Shown: one piece after another, positions 37,021-49,770 of the stretch | Position numbering within the stretch: position 1 is the stretch's first letter | Layout of the letters: each line of letters starts with the position of its first letter | DNA from: Camelus dromedarius | Taxonomy: Eukaryota | Length of the DNA: 64,000 bases | Assembly: GCF_036321535.1 (NCBI RefSeq) | Contig: NC_087449.1 | Coordinates: 70,122,001-70,186,000, forward strand | Reading direction: 5' to 3' | Position numbers and translations under genes: made by a program | Notes under the pieces: model-generated | Told to the model about the DNA's origin: nothing | Databases searched by the model: none | What the model saw: the letters and a program-made list of their open reading frames with translations, nothing else

Positions 37021-37554
37021 AAGGGTAATATGTATAAAGAAAGCCCCCTACACAGATCGATATTCACTTAACTAACATCTATGGAATTAGCCATCCTGCT
37101 CTACAGCCAAATACTGGTCTAGACGTTGCTGTGAATAAGCTGTAAAAGGCTCCCACCCCGCAGTGGCCTCGCCTTCTGGGAGGGGGAACACGGACAGCCA
37201 GTGAGTAAACAAAGAAAAGGGATCACTTCAAACGTCAGTCGCCAGGCATGCTATAAAGGAACCTTCACAAGTGGAACGTGACGGAGAACATCCGGGGGGC
37301 ACGCTGGGCAGGCGGTCAGGAAGAGCTCTGTGAGGTCACATCTGAACTGCGGTTAGAATTCTACCCTATTCCTTCAGAGAAAAAGCCGGGCCTGTCAAGA
37401 GCCAGGTAGGTGTTCTGGGCAGAGAAGTGCAAAGGTCCTGAGGCAGGAGTGAAGGGCCAGGTCAGGCCAGGGAGGGCGGAAGGAAGGGTGAGCAGCAGAG
37501 GGAGGCCGCAGAAGCCAGCCCACACCTGGTCCGTTAGGTGGTGGGCTAGTTTTT

Positions 37555-38200
37555 GTCTAGGTTTATTTGAGTTTTAATCAGCTTTATTGAAATACAGTCA
37601 ACATACAATAAAATTCACTGATTTTAAGTGTACAACTTGATGGCTTTGCTACGTGTGTCGGGTTGTATAAGCGCCACCATGATGGTGACACTGCACAACC
37701 ACACCCCCTTAAAAAGTGCCTCCAGCCCCTCTGCAGCCCCTCCCAGCCCTGGTCCCACGTGACCACTGGTGTCTGCTTCCTGTCAGCACAGTTCTGCCTT
37801 TTCTGAAGGATCATGTAAACAGAGTCACAGAGCACGAACGTGGCTCCCGCTGCCGCTGCCCTGCCCCGCGGCGCCCTGGGCCCCGGCCAGCGGTCTGCGC
37901 CTTGTGGCGCTTTCCACCAAGCCTGGGCGACGGCGTGGGTGTTGCTTTCTCTCTTCTCTTCTTCCTTTTCAAGTTGGTTCTTCGTCTCTGGTCTGCAGGG
38001 TTTCTCACAAGAGGTGTGTTGACATTTCTTTATTGCTCTGTATGAAGTGTCTTTTTGTCTGCGTGTTTTAGGGTTTTCCTTTATTTCTCCTTCCCACCAA
38101 TTTGATGATAATATGTCTTGGTCTAATTTTCTTAGACTTATTCTGCTTGAGGTTTGTTGAGCTTCTGGGATCTCTGGGCTAATAGTTTTCATCAGGTTCG
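37555..38200 (-). mobile_element. L1 remnants (3' end and ORF1-like piece)
   Basis: cagctttattgaaatacagtcaacatacaataaaattcac... and ttattctgcttgaggtttgttgagcttctgggatct. Confidence 0.6.
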
Positions 38201-39624
38201 GAAGACATGCAGCCCCTTTGGGATGAGTTTCACCCTCCCCTGGGCCAGCCCTCCCCTCCAGTCTCATGTTCGGCCCCGTCGGTCAGCAGCCCCCAAGCCC
38301 ACCCCCACGGCGGGCACCCGCCGCTGACTCCCGCAGCCCCCGGACACTTACCCTTTCTCTCCCATCAGGCCCAGGTGTATCTGACGAGATTGTCCTGCAA
38401 CTTCCCACGCCGGTGGCCAGTCTGGCAGCCCGGAGAGGGGCGGGGGCAGTCCTAAAGGGACCCTGCTGCCTTACTGGGGAGACCTGCACAGTGTCCTTCC
38501 AGATGATGGGGTGCTAGCTCTTCCCAGGGAGGGAGAGCCACCTCTGCAGGCTATGAAGTTTCAGAATAGTCTGGGGAGGCAAAACCCCTAGGGCATCCAC
38601 CAGACTCCCCATCCCATGTCAGAGCTTCCCCAGCCAGGGCCTGATCTTGGCCCCAGGACCCGGACCTTGGCCCCTGTAGAACGGTAACTTGGTATCCAGC
38701 ATCCTCCCAAGGTGACCGACGAGGACTTTATTTTATAAAGGAGCTCAGGGACATTAACGTAGTCGATGTGCTTCAGTCCACTGCAGTTACCTTATTTTGT
38801 TACTTTTCTTTTTGATCCTCAAAGCACCCTTACTATCATCAGAAGGAGCTCCTCCAAGTTGGCTAATGAATCCTCTGATGCAACCCTAGAATCTTTGATC
38901 GTCTCCTTGCATCCTTGCATTGGCAAGATGCTCCAGGATCATCCGGTACATTTTCTGCCTCAAATCAGAAATCTGTCATTTTTTCTAAGAAGCGGTGGGG
39001 TTATTTTACTGGGAAATGGTGCATCGGACAACAGCCAGGGTGCAAGGGGCACACATCACTCCCGGACCCGCGCAGCCCAAGAGAAAGACAGGCAACTTCA
39101 CGGCAGCACTAGCCACACAGGCTCCCAGCGCCTGGAATGTGGCTGCTGCACCTGAGGAATGGAATTTCAAACTTTACCTGGTTAAAATTTTCTTATTGTG
39201 GTAAAATGTACATAACGTAAAATTTACCACTGTAACTGTTTTTAATTGCACAGTTCAGCAACATTAAGCACATTCACGTTGTTGTGTGACCACCCCCACC
39301 ATCTGTTCTCAGAACTGTCTCATCTTCCCAAACTGAAACTCTGTCCCCATTGAAAATAACTCCCCATTTCACCACCGCAACCCCAGCTCCCGGCAACTGC
39401 CTTTCTGCTTTCCTTCTGGGCGAATCTGACTACTCCATGCACCTCAGATAAGTTAAATCAATCAATGTTTGTTCTTTAAAAAAAAAAAAACACCTTCATT
39501 GTGGTCTGGTTCTTGTACAGTAAACTGCACATATTTCAGATGTACAATTCTGATGAATCTTGATAGATGTCTACAGTGAGACCACAACCACAATCAAGAT
39601 AGCTGACGCTTCCATCACTCCTCT

Positions 39625-40650
39625 TTTTGAACTCCCAATTTATCCCTTCCCACCCTCTTTGCTCCCTGGTAACCATAAGTTTGTTCTCTGTGAGTCTGTT
39701 TCTGTTTTATAGATATATTCATTTGTGTCCCATTTTTTTTTTAAGATTCCACATAAAAGTGATACCATATGGCATTTTTCTTTCTCTTTCTGGCTTACTT
39801 CATATAGAATGACAATCTCCAGACCCATCCATATTGCTGCAAATGGCATTATTTTATTCTTTTTTATGGCTGAGTAGTATTCCATTGTATATAAATACCA
39901 CATCTTCTTTACCCAGNNNNNNNNNNNNNNNNNNNNNNNNNNNNNNNNNNNNNNNNNNNNNNNNNNNNNNNNNNNNNNNNNNNNNNNNNNNNNNNNNNNN
40001 NNNNNNNNNNNNNNNNNNNNNNNNNNNNNNNNNNNNNNNNNNNNNNTTTGATTTTTTTAAATTTATTTTTAATGGAGGTACTAGGGATTGAACCCAGGAT
40101 CTCGTGCATGCTAAGTACGCACTGTACCACTGAGCTATACCGTCCCCCTAATGTGTCTTTTTTAATTATTATTATTTTCCAGATATATGCCCAGGAGTGG
40201 GATTGCTGGATCATACGGTAAGTCTATTTTTAGTTTTTTAAGGAATCTCCATAATGCTTTCCATAATGGCTGCATCAACTTACATTCCCACCAGCAGTGT
40301 AGGAGGGTTCCTTTTTCTCCACACCCTCTACAGCATTTATCGTNNNNNNNNNNNNNNNNNNNNNNNNNNNNNNNNNNNNNNNNNNNNNNNNNNNNNNNNN
40401 NNNNNNNNNNNNNNNNNNNNNNNNNNNNNNNNNNNNNNNNNNNNNNNNNNNNNNNNNNNNNNNNNNNNNNNNNNNNNNNNNNNNNNNNNNNNNNNNNNNN
40501 NNNNNNNNNNNNNNTGATTGGGTTGCTTGTTTTTTGATATTAAAGTCTGTGAGCTATTGGTATATTTTGGAAATTATTCCCTTGTCAGTCACAACATTTG
40601 CAAAGATTTTCTCCCATTCTGTAGGTTGTCTCTTTGTTTTGTTGATNNNN
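39625..40650 (-). mobile_element. Younger L1 3' fragment (ORF2 C-terminus and 3' UTR)
   Basis: ORF 39640..39903 (MWYLYTMEYYSAIKKNKIMPFAAIWMGLE) is the L1 ORF2 C-terminus. ORF 40554..40853 contains KRQPTEWEKIFAN. Confidence 0.92.
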
Positions 40651-40825
40651 NNNNNNNNNNNNNNNNNNNNNNNNNNNNNNNNNNNNNNNNNNNNNNNNNN
40701 NNNNNNNNNNNNNNNNNNNNNNNNNNNNNNNNNNNNNNNNNNNNNNNNNNNNNNNNNNNNNNNNNNNNNNNNNNNNNNNNNNNNNNNNNNNNNNNNNNNN
40801 NNNNNNNNNNNNNNNNNNNNNNNNN
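39917..40825. other. Three N-blocks (39917-40046, 40344-40514, 40647-40825)
   Basis: 130, 171 and 179 N respectively, all inside L1 sequence. Confidence 0.95.
40047..40148 (-). mobile_element. Vic-1-type SINE nested in an L1 3' region
   Basis: Reverse complement of the SINE head (ggattgaacccagg...catgctaag...ccactgagctata), interrupting L1 sequence. Confidence 0.88.
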
Positions 40826-41898
40826 GAACCTTGGTGTACAAATATTTGTTCAAGTGTTTAATTTTAATTAATTAAAATTTAAATAGCCACATGTGTCCAG
40901 TGGCTACCATATTGGACAGTTCTAGACCTTTTCAGTGGACAGAGCTAAGAAATACATTTTAGAAGAAAAAATTGTATTAATTCATACTACTATTCCCATT
41001 CAAATACAGTCTTACAGGTTTTTCCGTTTCTTATTTTACCTCTTACCTTTTTATTTCTTCTCTCAAGCTAGAAATATTGGTTTGTAATATTACCATATTA
41101 CTTATTTGCCTTACTGCATTTCATATAATTCCAGAACAGCAATGTCAATATTATTACAAAAACCAGGATTACTGCAAAGAAGTTAAGGTTTCTTTGCAGC
41201 TCTTTTTGCCCTTAGGATAGTCTACTATGTATGCACAACCCAATTGTTGAGTATCAAACTCACCTAAAATGATCGTTTTCTGTCTGGTTAAGCCCCCAAC
41301 CTGGCATATAGTTAGGTGGTTTTTTTGTTTTTGTTGTTGTTGGTTTTTTTTTTTTTTTCATTTTGTTTCCAATTTTGAGGAGGTTTTTTTTTCTGTTTGA
41401 TTTATTTTTGGTTTTATAATTTTGCAGTTCTATAGCCAAACGTACAAGCACATTTAGAGAAATCTAATTTCTATTCCTCACCCTCCTGCCCCTGGTTGGT
41501 AAGCACTTTTATGTTACTTTTTAATGTAAAGAAATTAGCATGTTCTTACTGCTCCCACCCCATCTGATAAAAGAATATACACACCATTCTGCACCTAGGT
41601 TTTCCCCCTAGCGGTATGTTCTGGAGATCACGTAGGCGTACCTCTCACAGCTGTTCTGTGTGCAGCTGTGCACGGCCTCCTGGCCAGTTCCTGCTGGTGG
41701 ACGTTGGGCTCCTCTCCGTCTTTTGGTGCCCTTCTCTTCTTTATGAGAAAGTGCACTAATCACTAACATGGACTGGCCCAGAGAAGCAAAGCTGATAAGG
41801 AAGAAGCCCCAGAATTTGGGTAGGGCAGAGAAAGAACAATTTCTCTTAGAAAAACTGTCACAGGCTGACATGGCAACTCAGTTCTGTTCAAGTCCACA

Positions 41899-42032
41899 CC
41901 TGGGCACCACAGCCAGCGATGAAGGCAGAGATGCCCCGTGTACCCCGGACAAGCCCCCAGTTCTCCTGGGCACCACGGCCGGTGATGGAGGCAGAGATGC
42001 CCTGGTGTCACCCGGACAAGTCCCCAGTTCTC
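41899..42032. repeat. Two-copy tandem duplication of about 66 bp
   Basis: cctgggcaccac...ggcagagatgccc...ccggacaag.ccccagttctc starts at 41899 and again at 41965. Confidence 0.88.
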
Positions 42033-42863
42033 AGGTATGCTGCCCTTGCAGCAACACTTGCGGGCTCTGATGATCGCCACCCCAGGATAAAACGAAAGGA
42101 CTTCGTGGGCCTCGCTGTGGCATTAAGAGCCAGTGGCCAAAGCCAGTGAGTGGCCGGCAGGGCCGGCGGCCTTGCAGGTGGCATGCAGGCGGGGTGCTGG
42201 GAGGAGCGGGGCTCTGCGAGGGCGGGGAGACCGCGACTCACTCTTGCGTCCAGGGCCAGCACTGAGCGCACTGGCTAGAGGGACCTTTCCCTCACGCCCT
42301 CACATCCCCGCCGCAAACACACCCCAGGGGCCAGGAGACTGGAGAGGGAGCATGATGAGAGAATAGGCGGAGGTGTGACGGGCCACGCGGGGCCTCGGGC
42401 AGGGGGCTGGGGGCTGGGGGAGGCGTGCAGCAAGCTCAGTTCAGCTCCAGCCCAGCTTGGCATATGGCGTCAGAGCTCTCATCTTAAAAAGGGATGAGAG
42501 ACGTCGCGATTTCACGTGCACGCTCCTGTTTTTAAAATTGGCAACTAACCCGAACTTCAACCTTCTTGGGCCAAACCACGGGAGGCAGCCTGGCGGGGCG
42601 TCCGGGCCACCGAGCAGCGCTGATCTCCTCCGCCCCGCCCGGTGGCCCAGGTGCCCCAGGTACCCCCGCGCCCCTCGGCTCGCAGCCTGGGCCTCGGCCA
42701 GCGCGCGGGTCCAGGTCGACGGCCCCTGACACAGCGCGCCCCCCTCCCGCGCTCCCGGCGCACCTGCCGCCTCGGCCACACTGCGCCTGCGCGGCGGGGA
42801 CGCCGGACCGAGCCATCGCCAGGGCGGGGGAGCGCGGACACCCCCGCCGCGGTGGGGCCGTCC

Positions 42864-42877
42864 GTTGCCATGGCGCC
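42864..42877 (+). promoter_or_regulatory. RFX X-box-like motif GTTGCCATGGCGCC
   Basis: Perfect GTTGCCATGG left portion with an imperfect right half (consensus GTTGCCATGGCAAC). RFX X-boxes are typical of ciliary gene promoters. Confidence 0.55.
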
Positions 42878-42955
42878 GCCCTCTCCCAACCGCGCCGCTC
42901 GCTGCCCGCTCGGCTCGGCTCGGCTCGGACCGGACCGCGGCGCGTTCGCTGAGAG
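42878..42955 (+). other. CFAP74: Candidate non-coding first exon of CFAP74 (start uncertain)
   Basis: GAG|GTGGGT donor at 42956 just downstream of the X-box. An alternative donor, AGG|GTAGGC, lies at 43195. Confidence 0.4.
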
Positions 42956-44781
42956 GTGGGTCCGTTGGCCCGGAGCCCGGGGCTGGGCTCGGGGGCTTTG
43001 GCCGCCCCCAGGCGCGAGTCAACCGCTCATCGTGCGAGTTCTGCCCGAGAAGTAACCGCTAGTGCGGCGCGGCCGCGGCTGGTTTCAGGGACCCCCGGGC
43101 GCGGGGCAGCCGGGTTGGGGCCCTGCCCCCGGCCCTGCGCGGACGACGCGGTGTGGTCAGAGCGCGTGTGGGAAACCTTGGAGCAGAGCTCAGGGTAGGC
43201 CCGGCTGGTGCGAAAAGGGACCCCGAGGGTCCGGGCGGAGCAAAGCAGGGGCGCAATTCCTAATTCCGAAGTCGTCGGCATTTGGCTTTTCGTGGTGCAT
43301 CTGTTTCTGGAGACCTCTATTTTCCTGTTTTCCATAAACTTATACCCCTTTTATCTGCTCGCGTTTCTGTATCTAGCACTTTCCTTGAGCATCTGCTCTG
43401 CGCCAAGTACCGAACTAGGCGACGAGCCGGCCTGCGCTGGTACCCACAGTTCAGAGCATCCCCTGGTAGACGTTCTCTGCAGTCAGATGCCGTGTAAACC
43501 CACAGGTACAGCTGAAGGGCTGGTTATAAAGCCAGCGTCGGTAGTCACACCCCAGTCCGGAAACAGAACCTTGTCAGCACCCGGAAAGTCAGCCCAGCCC
43601 ACACAGACCCCTCCCCGTGACCAAAGGCTAACTTTTGTGATTCTAATTTCCTTGGTTCTCTTTAGTTTTACCACTTTGAAACAATATGCTTCATCTGGTT
43701 TTAACCCTTATGTAGGAATAATACTATGTTCTTTTTTTAATTTTTGAAATAATCCCAAATTTACATAAAAATTGCAAGTTCAGCATAAAAAACTTCTGGA
43801 GCATTTGAGAATAGGTTACCTACGTGGTGGCCTGTCACCTCCAAATACTTCCGAGTGTGCTCCCCACACCCGGGCCGTTCTCCAGCAGCACCACAGCACG
43901 GCCGTCAGCATCAGGACAGTAACACAGATGGGCCTCGAGGTCTAAGGCTCAGGCTCCATGCAGCCTGTTTGGCCAGGTGACCCCACAAAGGCAGAGAAAC
44001 AAAATGACCCAGGCTGGGGTCCCACACTGCACTGAGTTGTCGTATTTCTTTAGTCTCCCTCGGTCCAGAACATTCCTCAGGCTTTCCTGGCCTTTGTGAC
44101 CCGCTCACCTTTGAAAGTCACAGGCCAGTTACTTTGCAGGGAGCCCCATCCGTTTGGGTGTGTCTGGTGTCTCCTCATGACCAGGTTACTACATCTTTGT
44201 CAGGAAAGTCCCAGGAGTGACGCTGTGTGTCACTCGGCTCCTCACATCCTCCAGGTGGCTCACAGTGGCCCTTCTCACCCATTACCAACGATACTTGCTT
44301 TGATCACGTGATCACAGTGGTGTCTGCCGGCGTCTCCACGGGGAAGTCAAGTTTCCCTTTGTGGCTGACAAGGGTTTGGTTGGGAGGTGCTTTGAAGCTG
44401 TGCAGCTCTGTCGTCCCTCCCAGGCTTGAGCTGCTGGCCTCGCCGTGGACACCACCCCACGCTGCCTGGGCCCCGATGCCCGACGTGGGACTGCCTCCCT
44501 CCTACTCGGGCTCGGACATCCCGTCTGGGCCACGGCGTGAACCCGGGTTCCCCTGCCCTCCTAGGGCGGAAAGGGGAAGAAGAGCTGTGTGCGTGCGTCC
44601 ATCTCCCCCCCCCCCCCCCCCGCGGCTGTGTTTGCGCCACTCCCCTGGCTGCCCAGAGCAGGAGTGGCTCATTGGTCCGCGTCAGCGCTCAGAGCCTGCA
44701 GCCAGAGTCACGGCCTCCTGCTGCGGAGGCCGAGGGCTGATCCCTGACTTTCTGCTGTTATGAGCAGTGCTCTGTGAGGTC

Positions 44782-44915
44782 TTCTTTTTCTGGGATTGGG
44801 GGAGGTCATTAGGTTTCTTTATTTATTTACTATTTATTTTAATGGAGGTGCTGGGCGTTGAACCCAGGCCTCGTGTATGCTCGGCACGTGCCTGCCCTGA
44901 GCTACACCCTTCCCC
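44782..44915 (-). mobile_element. Diverged Vic-1-type SINE
   Basis: gttgaacccagg...ctgagctacacc plus the reverse complement of the CTAAT(G)ACCTCCCC tail. Confidence 0.8.
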
Positions 44916-44949
44916 TCAGTCAGATCCCCTTGCAGCTCCTGGTGTTTGT

Positions 44950-45815
44950 GTGTTAGGAGCTCAGTTGTGTCTCCTCAAAAAAAAGGGTACATTGAAGTCC
45001 TAGCCCCCAGCATGGCAGAACGTGACCTCATCTGGAAGCTGGGTCACTGGAGATGCAGTTAGTTAAGAAGACGTCGCACGGAGGGTAGTGGGCCCCGATC
45101 CAGCACACAGGGGTCTTTATATGGGTGGGGGGGGATTTGGACACAGACACAGAGAGGATGTCACATGGACTAGAGTCGTGCTGCCATGAGCCAGGGAACC
45201 ACCAGGGCTGGGGAGAGGCCCGGGGCAGCGTCTTCCCTCCCCCAGGTGGAGCTGGACCTCGGCTGCAGGTCGCTGGCCTGCCGGGCGCAGAGGCGGCACG
45301 TTGCGTGGTTCGGAGACCCTGTTTGTGATGCACGGTTCCGGTGGTGCCAGGACTCGTGTCCAGCACCTGAGGGTTCCTGTCGGGTAAACACCTAGGGGAG
45401 CAGCTGCAGAGTCAGAGGGTGCGGTAGACGGAACCGCAGCCCCAGGGACGTCTGTGTCCTGACACCTGGGACACACCTGTGAGTGTGGGTTCCAGGCAGC
45501 GGGGGATGTAGGTGCTCAACCAGCCGACTCTAAGACGGGGAGGGTCCCCTGGGTTCTCCGGGCCCAGTGCAGCCGCGGAAGAGGGAGGCACCAGGAAGGC
45601 CCCGGACGTGCCTGGCTGTGAAGTTGGCAGGATGGGGCCTCTGGAACCTGGAAACGGCAGGAAAACAGATTCCCCCCCCCCCCCAGAGGCCCCAGAGAGG
45701 GGCACAGCCCTGCTGACCCCCAGCAAGACTCACTTCAGACCTCTGACCTCCAGAATTGTGAGACAGTAACCTTGCACGAAGTCACCGAGTCCTGGTAATT
45801 CCTGCGGCAGCAGCA
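44950..45815 (+). mobile_element. MLT1-type LTR fragments (probably two pieces)
   Basis: gttgtgtctcc...ttgaagtcctagcccccag...gtgacctcatctgga at the 5' end, and gacctccagaattgtgagacagtaa at the 3' end. Confidence 0.65.
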
Positions 45816-47619
45816 GGATGCTGGTCCGGGGCGCGTGCGGCTCTGACTTTGCTAGGAGATGCCAAACCCTCTTCACAACCCTGCCCCGGTCTCCTCTCCT
45901 GCCCTTGGTGTGTGGCCGGCCGACTCTGCTGCATCATGGCCCGCCTGCACTCGGGGGGTCAGACTTGTGTCACCGTGCGACGCCTGAGTGATACCGGTTT
46001 ATTGTGGCGGACATGCATTTCCCTAATTACAAATGAGGCTGGGCAACTTTTTTGGGTTTATTACCAAGAGATAGTTCACCATGCAACCAGGACCCTGTTA
46101 AAAGTTAAAGGGAACACTGTTGATAACGCCAGGAAAACAGGCCCGAGTCAGGGCGTGCTGACAGGGGACGTGTGGCGGCCCTGCTCACTGGACACGGACC
46201 GTCCTTGACGGTGACCAGCCAGCTCGAGTCCCACCAGGTGGCTGTCGGGCTGTCCATCTTCTTTATTGGTTTGTGGGCATTCCTTATGTGTCTGGAAGGT
46301 GATCTTAGGAAATTTGGGAAACATTTTGGGAAATGCGTTACATTTATCTTCTAATTTGTAGCTTTTCTTTAACTCTCCTTAGGGTTCCCCTGAATGACAG
46401 TTTTCGGTTTAAATGTATGTGACTGCCAGCTTCTCCGCTTGGGGCTTCATGGTCTTGGTGTCTCATTTCAGAAACCCTGACGTCATGGTGCCCCCTTCTC
46501 TGCAGTAGAGTTTTGTCCTCACTTGTGAGTCTTTTGTCCTCGTGGGACTGACTTCCTGGGCGGGTGCCCCACCTCTTGGCATGATGATGGAGATGTGTGT
46601 TCCTTGCCCAGTGCTGGCACACGTGCACACGCACACACACATGCACACACACACACGCACAGCCCTGTCAGATTTTGGTGGGGGCTTTAGTGAATCTTTG
46701 GAGCAATTTGGAGAGAAGTGGCATCTTGGCAACATGGAGTCTCCAGTACTTAAACATGCACCTCTCCATTTATTTACTTATATTGGCTTTATTCCTTTTT
46801 TGGACTTTTATTATGGACAATTTCAAACTCACGAAAGTAGGGAAATGGTCAGACGGACGCACAGGCACCCGCCACCCCCTCGCTATCTCCTTCTAGTTCT
46901 CGGCTGATGCGTTTTGGAGAAAACCCAGGTGTCACATTTCACCTGTGAACACTGTAGTGTACAGTTCTAACAAGTAGCGCCTTGTTTTCAGCAGAACCAC
47001 GAAACTGCCAGCAACCCCAACAAAATTAACATTAATTTTGTAATAAAACCTAACACCAGGTGGTGTTCACTTTCCCATATTATCTCAAAAGTGCCTTTTA
47101 CAGTCTCTTGCGTGACCCCGGATCCAGACAAGGACCTCCCCTCCTCTTCCTCGCACGTGGTTGACTTGTCTCTTAAGGCTTTAAAATTTAAGACTGTCCT
47201 TCCCCCTCCCTTTTTCCCCAGTGACATCCAGTGGTTGAAGAACCTGGTTCATCTCCTGCGTTTCCTTTTTATTTAGGTCCCGTGTGCTGTCACCGAGCAG
47301 GGCTCCCGCAATCTCCCGTCAGGCAGGGGTCCCGTAGGTGCTTTGCTGTGTGCATTCCCCGGGACCTCCGACTCGCTGAGGTAATTGTAAGAGATAAGTT
47401 TTCCAAATCTTATCGTCTCATGTTTGTCCTGATAAATGAGAGAATCACTGATTTTCACTATTGAATTTATATGTAGTAATATTACTAAATTGTCTCAATA
47501 ATAGTAACAATTTACCTTCTAATCTGTATTCTCTGCATGTGCAGTCATGTTAATATGAAAATGACGACTGTCTTCCCCTTCCATCCTCACGTCTTTTCTT
47601 TCATTTTTCTTGTTTTTTT

Positions 47620-47945
47620 TCTTTTTTTAATATTCTTTTTTTAGTTGAGGTACAGTCAATTACAATATGTCAACTTCTGCTGCACAGCACACTGTCCCGG
47701 TCATGATACACAAACATAAATTCATTTTCACGTTCTTTTTCATTAAAGGTTATTGCAAGATATTGAATATGGTTCCCTGTGCTCTACAGAAGAAATTTGG
47801 TTTTTTCTCTATTTTTGTATGTAGTGGTTAATATTTGCAAATCGCGAACTCCCAGTTTTATCCCTTCCCACTCCCTTTGCCCACTGGTAACCATAAGATG
47901 GTGAACTCTGCCAGCAAGTCTGTTCCTGTTTGTAGATGAGTTCGC
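47620..47945 (-). mobile_element. L1 3' UTR fragment
   Basis: gttgaggtacagtcaattacaat...ggttccctgtgctctacag...ctggtaaccataag; similar to the 39625 L1 end. Confidence 0.7.
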
Positions 47946-47979
47946 AGTGTCCTCTCTGCCTTCCTGGTTGTTCTGGTCG

Positions 47980-49770
47980 GGCGACCCCGGGGACGCGGAG
48001 TGGCGGTGGCTTCAGACAGCACCCCTGTTTTTTTCTCCCTCTTAAAGGCAACCCCTCCAGTGTTTACGACTGAGCGCGACGTGCCAGAGGACTGCGGTGG
48101 CGTGCGGCCTCTGCCCTCTGCGGCTGGGGGAGGCCGTGGCCCTGGGATCGTGGTGCCCGAGTCCGCTCGGACTCCCAACAGCCTGACCTGCGGAGAGGAG
48201 AGGTGGGCTGAGGGCGGGCAAAGTGACCCGGGCGCCCCTTTGGAAGATAAGCCCGGACAGTTTGCAGGTGTCCGGCAGTGTCCACCCTAGACCTGCGCCC
48301 TCAAACCAGCAGAGGAACGGAGCATTCTGTTGCCCGGGGGCCCACATCTCCAGGGGATTCCAGGAGGCGCTGGCGCGTGGGCAGGTCTATCAGGACAGCG
48401 GAGTCTCTACCTGCTGAGAGGCCCAGACACCCTTCCAGGTGCCCTGTGAGTTGGAAACTTGTCATAATAACACGGGAGACCTTACCTGGCCTGTTGGAAC
48501 ATTCTGAAGCAAACTGGACTTTCTAGCAGTGAGTGGAAAGCAGCTGCCCTGAGAACCTGGGTGTCTCCTCGATCCACGTCAGTGTCTGGTGTACTCAGGA
48601 ATTACGTAAAGGTGGTCATACGCCGGAAACAACCTCACTTCTAGTGCAAGTCTGCCGAGTCTTTGCAAAGCGCAGGCAGGATGCTGAACTTCAGCAGCGC
48701 CTGTCCTGCGTCAGCTGGGCTGAGGGGGCCACTCCCTGCGGCCTGCTCCCTTGTGAGCGGAGCCGGCCTCCGGCGCGAGGGGGCGTCCCGTCCGCGTGCC
48801 GCCGGGCTGGCCGCCGCGCTTCACCTCGGGTTTCGTGTCTGTGCTGAGGGTGAGGCTGGGCTGGAGCTCCCTTTGTCTGTTTTCGCCATCAGGCTCTGGT
48901 AACAGACGCCACCGAGCCCACAATCTGCGCCGGGGAGTGGACCTTCGGTGTCTCCCCCTGGAAGGATGTGTGTGAAAGGGGGCCTCGGAGCCTAGAGTTT
49001 CTGGGTGGGAACGTATTTGACCGTTGAATGGATTTCCTTTGTGCCTATGGGAATTTTCAAGTTTTCTATTTTTTGTTCTTTGCAGTTTTTTTGAGGTGGG
49101 AGATAGTTAGGGTGATTTATTTTACTGGACGTGCCGGGGGTTGAACTCAGGACCTTGTGCGTGCTGAGCGTGTGCTCTGCTGCCGAGCTGCACCCTCCCC
49201 ATTACTGTTTGTTCTAGAAGCAGCTTTGGTTATAATATTTTTCTAATGATTTGTCCATTGTCTAGACTTCTGAATGCATTGCTGTAAGGCTGCTCGCACA
49301 TCTTCGAAACACCTGGCATCTGCAGTGTCCGCAGTTACAGGCCCTTTGCTCCGACGGGGTGATCGGCTCCTTCTCTTTTCGTTTACCAGCTTCATTAGAG
49401 GTTCGTTGATTGTATAAATCTTTTAAAAGGACAGACTGTTGGCTTTGAGGAACACCTCTGTCACGTGTTTGCTCTTTGCATTAATTTCTAATCTAATTTT
49501 CTTCCGTCTACTACCTTTGGGTTTATACTGGAGCTCTTTTCACAGCTCCTTGAATTGGGTGCTCAGCACCTTAGGTTCTAGTCTGTCTCCTCCTTTAGGT
49601 TCACAGGTTTGCTCTGTGCTAACTTGGCTGCACTCAGTTTGTTACATGATGTTTTCAGTGTAACTCAGTTCAAAACATTTTCTAATTTCCACTATGATTT
49701 TTCCTTTGATCCATATAGGTTGCTTAGAAGTGAGTTCTTTACAAAAATAAGATGAACTTGTAGTTCTCTA
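47980..49770 (-). mobile_element. Old, GC-enriched L1M ORF2 remnant (appears to continue at about 56000-56800)
   Basis: Degenerate matches to antisense L1 ORF2, for example tccagtgtttacgactgagcgcgacgt and gggcctcggagcctagagtttctgggtgggaacg. Confidence 0.55.
49086..49200 (-). mobile_element. Diverged Vic-1-type SINE inside an old L1 ORF2 remnant
   Basis: Aligns by eye to the other copies over about 70 nt of head plus the tail motif. Confidence 0.8.

Larger units (their letters stand above)
39069..40919. mobile_element. MER3/MER33-like hAT-Charlie MITE split by nested L1 insertions
   Basis: Left half at about 39069-39190 (cactagccaca...ggaatgtggctg...ctgaggaatggaattt). Right half at about 40855-40919 (aattaaaatttaaatagccacatgtg...ggctaccatattggacag). 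Confidence 0.7.
42480..43270. promoter_or_regulatory. CFAP74: CFAP74 CpG-island promoter
   Basis: Isolated CpG island about 15.8 kb upstream of the first CFAP74 coding exon. It contains an X-box-like motif, GC boxes and YAACNG (MYB-like) hexamers near 43020-43060. Confidence 0.7.
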
